Positions 57,239-64,000 of a stretch of 64,000 bases of DNA are shown piece after piece; the first letter of the stretch is position 1; each line of letters opens with the position of its first letter. This DNA is from Candidatus Krumholzibacteriia bacterium. Its GTDB lineage: Bacteria; Krumholzibacteriota; Krumholzibacteriia; JAJRXK01. The stretch is from NCBI GenBank assembly GCA_041484665.1, contig JBGPIA010000002.1:576001-640000 (forward strand), written 5' to 3'. Position numbers and translations under genes: made by a program. The notes beneath the pieces were generated by a model. The model saw only the letters and a program-made list of their open reading frames with translations. It was not told the DNA's origin and made no database searches.

Positions 57239-57715
57239 TCAGCGCCCCTGCGGCAGCTGCCGCAGCAGGTCGACCATCTCCAAGGCGGCCGTCGCGGCAT
57301 CGTGGCCCTTGTTGCCCGCCTTGGTGCCGGCGCGCTCCATGGCCTGCTCGAGCGAATCGGTGGTCAGCACTCCGAAGATCACCGGCACGCCGCTGTCCCG
57401 CGCTGCCTCAGCGCAGCCGTTGCTCACCAGGCGGCAGACGTGGTCGAAGTGCGGGGTGGCTCCGCGGATCACGGCGCCCAGGGCCACGATGGCGGCGAAG
57501 CGCCCGGTCTGCGCCAGCCGCCGCGCCAGCAGCGGGATCTCGATGGCGCCGGGCACCCACACGATCTCCACGTGGTCGTCGGCGACGCCGTGACGGCGCA
57601 AGCCATCCAGGGCGCCGGCCAGCAGCTGATCGCTGAACAAGCTGTTGAAGCGGGAGACGACCAGGGCGAAACGCGCATCGGTCGGACCGAGGCGGCCTTC
57701 GTAGGTCTTGGGCAT
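57239..57715 (-). CDS. ribH: 6,7-dimethyl-8-ribityllumazine synthase
   Basis: VVSRFN, VPGAIEIP, GAVIRGATPHFD, FGVLTT, GNKG. Confidence 0.98.
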   Translation of the reverse strand: MPKTYEGRLGPTDARFALVVSRFNSLFSDQLLAGALDGLRRHGVADDHVEIVWVPGAIEIPLLARRLAQTGRFAAIVALGAVIRGATPHFDHVCRLVSNGCAEAARDSGVPVIFGVLTTDSLEQAMERAGTKAGNKGHDAATAALEMVDLLRQLPQGR

Positions 57716-58965
57716 CAGGATCCTTTCGGGTCGAGGTCCTCGAGCAGATGGCCCAACTTGTCGCGCTTGGCAACGAGGTAGCGCAGGTTGACCGGGTTGG
57801 CAGGCATCTCGATCGGCACGCGCTCCACCACTTCCAGCCCGTAGGCCGACAGCCCGACGATCTTCTTGGGGTTGTTCGTCAGCAGCCGCATCTTGCGCAC
57901 GCCGAGATCCACCAGGATCTGGGCCCCGATCCCGTAGTAGCGCAGATCGGGCGGGAAGCCCAGCTTCTGATTGGCCTCCACCGTGTCGTGGCCCTCGTCC
58001 TGCAGCGCGTAGGCGCGCAGTTTGTTGAGCAGGCCGATCCCGCGACCCTCCTGGCGCATATAGAGGAAGACCCCGCGCCTTGCGGCGGCGATCTGGGCCA
58101 GCGCGGCGTCTCGCTGCTCCCCGCAGTCGCAGCGCAGGCTCCCGAACACGTCGCCGGTCAGGCATTCCGAGTGCACGCGCACCAGGATCGCGTCCCCGCC
58201 GGCCAGATCGCCCATCACCAGCGCTGTGTGCTGCCCGTTGTCCACGGTATCGCTGTAGAGGTGCAGCGCGAACTGGCCGTAGGCGGTCGGCAGCTGCACC
58301 CGCTGCTCCAGGTGCACGAGCTTCTCGTGGCGCCGCCGGTGCTCGATCAGATCGGCGATGCTGATGATGGGCAGGTCGAACTCCTGGGCCATGCGCAGCA
58401 GCCGCGGCAGACGCGCCATGCTGCCGTCATCGTCGAGGATCTCGCACAGCACGCCGGCCGGATGCCGGCCCGCCAAGCGCGAGAGGTCTACCGCGGCCTC
58501 GGTGTGTCCCGCCCTCTGCAGCACGCCGCCCGGCCGCGCGCGCAGCGGAAAGATGTGTCCCGGACGGGCGAAGTCCTCGGGACGCGCGGCGGGATCCATG
58601 AACTGCTTGATCGTCTCCGCACGGTCCTTGGTCGAGATCCCCGTGGTGGTGTGCCGCACGGCGTCGATGCTCACGGCGAAGGCCGTTCCCAGGCGCGAGG
58701 TATTGCGCAGAACCATCGGGTGGAGGTCCAGCTGCTCCAGGCGCTCGGGAGTGGCCGCCAGGCAGACCAGCCCGCGGGCCTGCCGGGCGAGGAAATTGAT
58801 CGCCTCGGGGGTGGCATGTTCCGCCGCCAGGATCAGGTCCCCCTCGTTCTCGCGGTCTTCGTCGTCGACCACGATCACGAACCCGCCGTCCTTGATCTGC
58901 TCGATGGCGGTCTCGATGGAGTCGAGCTGGCCTATGGTCCGGTGCCGGCGCCGCGCCTCGCTCAT
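57715..58965 (-). CDS. ribBA: Bifunctional DHBP synthase / GTP cyclohydrolase II
   Basis: [46 protein letters not shown]. Confidence 0.99.
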   Translation of the reverse strand: MSEARRRHRTIGQLDSIETAIEQIKDGGFVIVVDDEDRENEGDLILAAEHATPEAINFLARQARGLVCLAATPERLEQLDLHPMVLRNTSRLGTAFAVSIDAVRHTTTGISTKDRAETIKQFMDPAARPEDFARPGHIFPLRARPGGVLQRAGHTEAAVDLSRLAGRHPAGVLCEILDDDGSMARLPRLLRMAQEFDLPIISIADLIEHRRRHEKLVHLEQRVQLPTAYGQFALHLYSDTVDNGQHTALVMGDLAGGDAILVRVHSECLTGDVFGSLRCDCGEQRDAALAQIAAARRGVFLYMRQEGRGIGLLNKLRAYALQDEGHDTVEANQKLGFPPDLRYYGIGAQILVDLGVRKMRLLTNNPKKIVGLSAYGLEVVERVPIEMPANPVNLRYLVAKRDKLGHLLEDLDPKGS

Positions 58966-59627
58966 GACCCGCTCCGCTGCGGCGGGGTGCCGTAGCCCGC
59001 GGCGCGCAAGGCGTCCCAGCGCAGACCGCTGCTGCCATCGCGCTGCAGCATCCCCAGCACGTACTTGCCGAGGATGTCGGTCTCGAGGTTGACGCGATCT
59101 CCCACCTTGCGCAGGCCCAGCGTGGTGGCGGCGAGCGTGTGCGGGATGAGGAACACCTCGAAGCGCTCGCGCGCCAGGTGTGGGCCGACCGTCAGGCTCA
59201 CGCCGTCGACGGCGACGCTGCCCTTGGGGACGAGCTGGGCCACCACCGCGGGGGCGGCTTTGATCTGCAGGTGCACCGAGTCCCCCTGGCGCCCCAGCCC
59301 GGCGACCGTCCCCACAGCGTCGACGTGCCCCTGCACGAAGTGGCCACCGACCGGCGCGCCGGCCCGAAGCGCGGTCTCGAGATTCACGCGCTGACCCGGC
59401 CGCAGGCCTCCGACGGTCGTGACGCGCAAGGTCTCGGCGATGGCGTGGACGGTGAACCGCGGGCCGTCCAGTGCCGTCACGGTCAGGCAGACCCCGTCCA
59501 CCGCCACGCTAGCGCCCAGGGTCAGCCGCGCGGCGAGTTCGGTCTGGGCAACGGTCAGGTCGCGGTCGCCGGAGCTGCCACGCACCTGCGCGACCTCGCC
59601 GACGGCCTCCACGATCCCGGTGAACAT
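58962..59627 (-). CDS. ribE: Riboflavin synthase (alpha chain)
   Basis: [45 protein letters not shown]. Confidence 0.98.
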   Translation of the reverse strand: MFTGIVEAVGEVAQVRGSSGDRDLTVAQTELAARLTLGASVAVDGVCLTVTALDGPRFTVHAIAETLRVTTVGGLRPGQRVNLETALRAGAPVGGHFVQGHVDAVGTVAGLGRQGDSVHLQIKAAPAVVAQLVPKGSVAVDGVSLTVGPHLARERFEVFLIPHTLAATTLGLRKVGDRVNLETDILGKYVLGMLQRDGSSGLRWDALRAAGYGTPPQRSGS

Positions 59628-59733
59628 CGGACGCTCCTGAGACAGTGCGCGGGCGCTCCAAGAGCGCGCCACGGAGTTCGGCTCGACGCAAGCGCGGCGT
59701 GATCCTGCTGGATCCCCGGCGCTCCGTCGCAGC

Positions 59734-60846
59734 TCACGTCGCTCCAGCCGCCGCCGGCCGGGCCAACCCCGGACGCCGTAGGACCCACTCGAGGTCCTCA
59801 CCCACCCGCCGCACCCGGACGGTCTCGTAGCGCCGCTCGGGGCCTGGGTAGGAGCCCAGGGCCGGGCCGTCGCCGCCCAGCAGCGCCGGGGCCCACAAAA
59901 GATGCACGCGATGGGGCGCGCCCGCTGCCAGCAATGCGCCGGCCAGGGTGGCCCCGCCCTCCACGAGGACGACCCCCAGCCCGCGCACCGCGAGCTGCTG
60001 GAGGACCCCCGCCCAGTCCAGGCGGCCCCGATCGTCCACCGCACAACGCTGGACTTCGTGCCCCGCCTTCGCAAGGTCCGAAGCCCGCTGCGCGGAGGCC
60101 AGCGGGCTCGCCAGCAGCAGCGAGCCCTTCGGGAGCTGCCGCGGCGCGAGCTGCAGCCGGGCGTCCAGCACCACCGGCCGCGGCTGGCGCGCACCGGAGA
60201 TGCCGCGCGCTGTGAGCCGCGGGTGGTCCAGCTCGATCGTCCTCCAGCCGACGACCACGCAACTGGACAGTGCGCGCATCCAGTGGACGCGCCGGTGCGC
60301 GCGCTCGCCGGTGATCCGGCGCAGGGCCGGCTCGGGCGCGGGGCCAGCTTGGCGTGCCAGGCGGCCGTCCGCCGAGAGCGCCAGCTTGAGTGTGACGTGC
60401 GGGACCTGCCCCCCGTCCGTCTCGAAGAAGGGATGGTTGAGCTCCCAGGCGGCCCCGGCGAGCACACCCTCGCGGATCTCCAGGCCGGCGCGGCGCAGCG
60501 CAGCGCCGCCGCCGCCCGCCACGCGCGGGTTGCTGTCGCGCGTGGCGAACACGACGCGCGTGACCCCCGCAGCCAGGATCGCCTGCGTGCAGGGCGGCGT
60601 CAGGCCGAAGTGGTTGCAGGGCTCCAACGCGACGTAGAGCGTGGCGCCGCGGGAGCGCTCGCCCGCCGCGCGCAGCGCTGCAACTTCGGCGTGGGGCTGG
60701 CCGGCCGCGGCATGGAACCCGTCGCCCACCAACACCCCGTCGCGCACGACGCATGCGCCCACCGTCGGATTGGGCCAGGTGGCCCCGCGCTGGCGGCGGG
60801 CCAGGTGCAACGCTCGCCGCATCCAGTGGGCATCGTCAGCAGCCAT
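59734..60846 (-). CDS. ribD: Riboflavin biosynthesis deaminase/reductase
   Basis: PNPTVG, HAE, LEPCNH..TPPC, KLALSADG, LVEGG. Confidence 0.97.
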   Translation of the reverse strand: MAADDAHWMRRALHLARRQRGATWPNPTVGACVVRDGVLVGDGFHAAAGQPHAEVAALRAAGERSRGATLYVALEPCNHFGLTPPCTQAILAAGVTRVVFATRDSNPRVAGGGGAALRRAGLEIREGVLAGAAWELNHPFFETDGGQVPHVTLKLALSADGRLARQAGPAPEPALRRITGERAHRRVHWMRALSSCVVVGWRTIELDHPRLTARGISGARQPRPVVLDARLQLAPRQLPKGSLLLASPLASAQRASDLAKAGHEVQRCAVDDRGRLDWAGVLQQLAVRGLGVVLVEGGATLAGALLAAGAPHRVHLLWAPALLGGDGPALGSYPGPERRYETVRVRRVGEDLEWVLRRPGLARPAAAGAT

Positions 60847-60898
60847 GGGATCTCGCCTCAGGCACGGACGCAACACGACGGCGCGCGGGTGGCGCGCC

Positions 60899-61873
60899 TC
60901 AGGCATCCCCCGCCGCGGGCTCCTGCTCGCGCGGGTCGAACAGCGCGCGCGCGAAGGCCTCGGCGTCGAACGGTGCCAGGTCATCGAGGCCCTCCCCCGT
61001 GCCCACGTAGCGTACGGGAAGGCCCAGCGCCTGGGCGATCGCCACGACCACACCGCCCTTGGCCGACCCATCGAGCTTGGTGAGGACGATGCCCGTCAGC
61101 TGCGCTGCCTGTGTGAACTCGCGCGCCTGCGGGATGCCGTTCTGCCCCGTCGTCGCGTCAAGGCACAGCAGCGTCTCGTGGGGAGCCCCCTCCACCTGGC
61201 GCGCGCAGACGCGGGCGATCTTCTCCAGCTCGCGCATCAGGTTGTCCTTGGTCTGCAGCCGGCCCGCGGTATCGATGATCACCACGTCGTGCCCGCGCGC
61301 CTGGGCGCTGCCCAGCGCATCGAAGGCCACCGCGGCCGGATCGGAACCCATGCTCTGCCGGATCAAGTCGGCGCCGGCGCGCTGCGCCCAGGTGGCGAGC
61401 TGGTCGATGGCCGCGGCGCGGAAGGTGTCGGCGGCAGCGAGCAGCACGCGACGCCCCTGGGCGTGGTGGAGGTGGGCGAGCTTGGCAATGGTGGTGGTCT
61501 TGCCGGCGCCGTTGACTCCGACCACGAGGATCACGTGGGGCGGTCCGCCCAGCGCCTGCGGCACCGCGCCGTCGGCGCGTGATGCCGCACCGTCGGCGCG
61601 CAGCAGCGCCACGATGTCCAAGCGCAGCACCTCGGTCACCGACGCCAGGGTGGCGCGGCCGCCCTGCTCGCGCAGGCGGCGGCCGAGACTGCCCACAAGC
61701 AGATCGGTCGCCTCCACGCCCACGTCTGCGGCCAGCAGGATCTCCCCCACCTCCTCGAGGAAGTCCTCGCCCAGGTGCACCTCGCGCCGGATCGCCGCGC
61801 CAATGCGGCCCAGCACTTGATCGCGCGTCTTGGCCAGGCCCCGCCGCAGCTTGGCGAGCGCGCCGAGCACCAA
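60899..61873 (-). CDS. ftsY: Signal recognition particle receptor FtsY
   Basis: GVNGAGKTTTIAKLA, DTFRAAA, DTAGR, TKLDGSAKGG. Confidence 0.98.
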   Translation of the reverse strand: MVLGALAKLRRGLAKTRDQVLGRIGAAIRREVHLGEDFLEEVGEILLAADVGVEATDLLVGSLGRRLREQGGRATLASVTEVLRLDIVALLRADGAASRADGAVPQALGGPPHVILVVGVNGAGKTTTIAKLAHLHHAQGRRVLLAAADTFRAAAIDQLATWAQRAGADLIRQSMGSDPAAVAFDALGSAQARGHDVVIIDTAGRLQTKDNLMRELEKIARVCARQVEGAPHETLLCLDATTGQNGIPQAREFTQAAQLTGIVLTKLDGSAKGGVVVAIAQALGLPVRYVGTGEGLDDLAPFDAEAFARALFDPREQEPAAGDA

Positions 61874-61876
61874 CGG

Positions 61877-64000
61877 TTACGCCTCCCCCGAGAGCGCCCG
61901 CAGCGGCGCAGCAATCGCGGAAACGGCCGGCGCGGTCAGGGCGCCCGCCTCAGGCGCGCCAATCTCCGCCGCCGCGGCAGCCCCCGCGCCGGCGGCCTCC
62001 TGGACGCGGCGGCGCGCCGTGTCCCGCAGCGCCTGCAGCGGATCGTCGGTATCGACCTCCTCGAAGCTCACCGAAACCAGCCTGCTCACGCCGCTCTCCT
62101 CCATGGTCACGCCGTAGAGATGATCGGCCGCTTCCATGGTGAGCTTGTTGTGAGTGATGACGATGAACTGCGTGCGGTCGGCGAACCGCTCCAGCAGGCG
62201 CACGAAGCGCTTCACGTTCACGTCGTCCAGCGGAGCGTCCACCTCGTCGAGCAGGCAGAAGGGGCTGGGCTTGATGAGATAGACCGCGAACAAGAGCGCG
62301 ATGGCGGTCAGCGCGCGCTCGCCGCCCGACAGCAGAGCCACCGAGTCGACCTTCTTGCCGCGCGGCCGCGCGTGGATGAGGATGTCGCTCTCGAGGGGGT
62401 CGTCGTTGCTGACCAGCTCCAGATCGGCCTCGCCACCCTCGAACAGGGTGGAGAAGATCTCCCTGAAGTTGTTGCGCACCTTGTCGAAGGTCTCGCGGAA
62501 CATCTGGCGCGCCGTGCGGTTGATCCGGTCGATGGCCTGCAGCAGGTCCGCCTTGCTTGCCAGCAGATCGTCGCGCTGCTTCTCCAGGAACTCCAGGCGC
62601 GACTTCTTGGCCTCGTACTCCTCGAGCGCCGTGAAGTTCACCGGGCCGAGCTTCTCGATGCGGTCCCGCCGGTCGGCCAGCAGCTCCTCCACCTGCTGCA
62701 CCGGATAGCTCCCGCTGTCCACGATCAGCTCCGGCGGCAGCTGCTCGGGCTGGATGGTCGCCAGACCTTGCTCGATCGTGGTCTGGAACTTCTCCTGGAT
62801 CCGCTCCTGCGTGTTTTGCAGCGTGAGCGCAGCGCGCGTCTCCTGCTGCTGTAGCTCGTGCAGCGCGTCGGACTTGGCGCGCTGGCGCTCGGCGATGACG
62901 CGCATGGCGTCCTGCGCCGCCTCCAGCTGCTGGCGCTGCGCGTCGATGGCCTCGCGCGCCTGCCGCAGCAGCTCGCCCCGCTCCTCCCGTTGCTGGAAGA
63001 GGCCTGCCAGCGCCCCCTCGCGCTCCTGGATCGTCCGCAGCCACGTCTCCAGGTCGACGGCCAGCCCGGCCGACTCCTCGACGCGACGGTGGATCAGCTC
63101 GGCGAGCTCGGCCTCCATGGCCTGCAGGCGCGCCGTACGGCTGATCAGCTCGCGCTCTACGCCCTGGTGGTGCGAGAGCGTCAGGCGCAGCTCGCCCAGG
63201 CGGGTGAGCGCCTCTTCACGCTCGCGCTCCAAGCGAGTGACGTCCTGTGCCAGCTGGTTCACCCGCTCCTGGGACGCCTGCTGGTCCTCGCCGTGCCGCC
63301 CCAAGCTGGCGCGCAGCTCGCCCAGGCGCGCCTCGACCTGCGCGAGCTCCAGGCGCACCTCGTCGGCGCGACCGCCCAGCTCTGCGCACGCCTGCTCCTC
63401 GCGCTCCAGCTGCTCGTGGCGCGCTGCCAGGTCGCGCACCGCCTCGGCCGACTCCAGCTCGGTCTGCTGCAGACGGGCCAGCGCCGAGCCCGCGTCTCGC
63501 CGCGCGCCGTCACGTGCCTCCTCGGTGGCGTGCAAGGCCACAAGGCGATGCTGCAGCCCATCGCGCAGCTGCTGCACGGTGCTCGTGAGGAGGGCAACCT
63601 GCTCCTGGCGACCGAACAGGGACAGCTCGCGGCGCGCACCCGAGCCTCCGCGCACCAGGCCGTCGTGACGCACCAGCAGTCCTTCGCGCGCCAGGAAGCT
63701 GAAGCCCGCCCCGGCGTGGGCGACGGCCGCGCGCGCCGCCTCCTCGGCGGTGTCCACCACACGGACACGCGAGAGCCAGCGCGCCACGTGCTGGCGCGCG
63801 GGTCCGTCAGCCTTGGCCAGCGTGTGCGCCGGCCGCCCGGGCACTGCGGCATCCTCGTCCGCGGCGGCGGGGCCGCCATGCAGGTCCACCAGGAAGCTGC
63901 AGCGCCCCAGATCCTCGCGCGCCAGCAGCCCGGCCAGGTCGCGCGCCTCGTCGAGCCGGTCCACCAGCAGTGCATCGGCGTCCTCGCCGAACAGCAGCTC
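61877..64000 (-). CDS. smc: Chromosome segregation protein SMC (3' part, runs off right edge)
   Basis: End of hinge (GLVRGG), long coiled coil, LGPVN, LSGGE, LLDEVDAPLD, ITHNK. Confidence 0.97.
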   Translation of the reverse strand, partial: ELLFGEDADALLVDRLDEARDLAGLLAREDLGRCSFLVDLHGGPAAADEDAAVPGRPAHTLAKADGPARQHVARWLSRVRVVDTAEEAARAAVAHAGAGFSFLAREGLLVRHDGLVRGGSGARRELSLFGRQEQVALLTSTVQQLRDGLQHRLVALHATEEARDGARRDAGSALARLQQTELESAEAVRDLAARHEQLEREEQACAELGGRADEVRLELAQVEARLGELRASLGRHGEDQQASQERVNQLAQDVTRLEREREEALTRLGELRLTLSHHQGVERELISRTARLQAMEAELAELIHRRVEESAGLAVDLETWLRTIQEREGALAGLFQQREERGELLRQAREAIDAQRQQLEAAQDAMRVIAERQRAKSDALHELQQQETRAALTLQNTQERIQEKFQTTIEQGLATIQPEQLPPELIVDSGSYPVQQVEELLADRRDRIEKLGPVNFTALEEYEAKKSRLEFLEKQRDDLLASKADLLQAIDRINRTARQMFRETFDKVRNNFREIFSTLFEGGEADLELVSNDDPLESDILIHARPRGKKVDSVALLSGGERALTAIALLFAVYLIKPSPFCLLDEVDAPLDDVNVKRFVRLLERFADRTQFIVITHNKLTMEAADHLYGVTMEESGVSRLVSVSFEEVDTDDPLQALRDTARRRVQEAAGAGAAAAAEIGAPEAGALTAPAVSAIAAPLRALSGEA

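Noticed and set aside
1..64000. CRISPR arrays, IS elements, integrases, prophage, rRNA or tRNA genes
   Set aside because: No repeat-spacer periodicity, transposase/integrase motifs or stable-RNA signatures were seen by eye.

Overview
Very GC-rich bacterial chromosomal segment (roughly 70%+ by eye), almost all coded on the minus strand. Left to right: partial carB and carA, preceded by a promoter, structured leader and terminator; a DCC1-like thiol oxidoreductase; a tricorn (S41) protease; a signalling block (hybrid kinase, HisKA-only protein, sigma54 response regulator, two divergent sigma54 promoters, DUF1328); a TauE exporter; a DEAD-box helicase; a TPR gene; a dcw cluster (mraZ-[STAS-like]-rsmH-ftsL-ftsI-murE-murF-mraY-murD-ftsW-murG-murC-ftsQ-ftsA-ftsZ); a ~21 kb envelope glycosylation locus; ribD-ribE-ribBA-ribH-nusB; ftsY; and the 3' part of smc. 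The gene content and a T9SS/FlgD-like C-terminal domain suggest a high-GC FCB-related lineage such as Ca. Eisenbacteria, Krumholzibacteria or Latescibacteria, but this is inference only. The best candidate for a new system is the glycosylation locus. It combines a polyprenol-P-mannose synthase, a flippase-like protein, three GT-C-type enzymes (one TMEM260/DUF2723-like), a PorZ-like propeller and a GT2 fused to an apparently dead phosphoglycosyltransferase. Other notable items are a STAS-like gene inside mraZ-rsmH, the carA leader RNA and the bidirectional sigma54 enhancer region. No rRNA, tRNA, CRISPR or mobile element was seen. All calls come from reading motifs by eye; no database searches were run.
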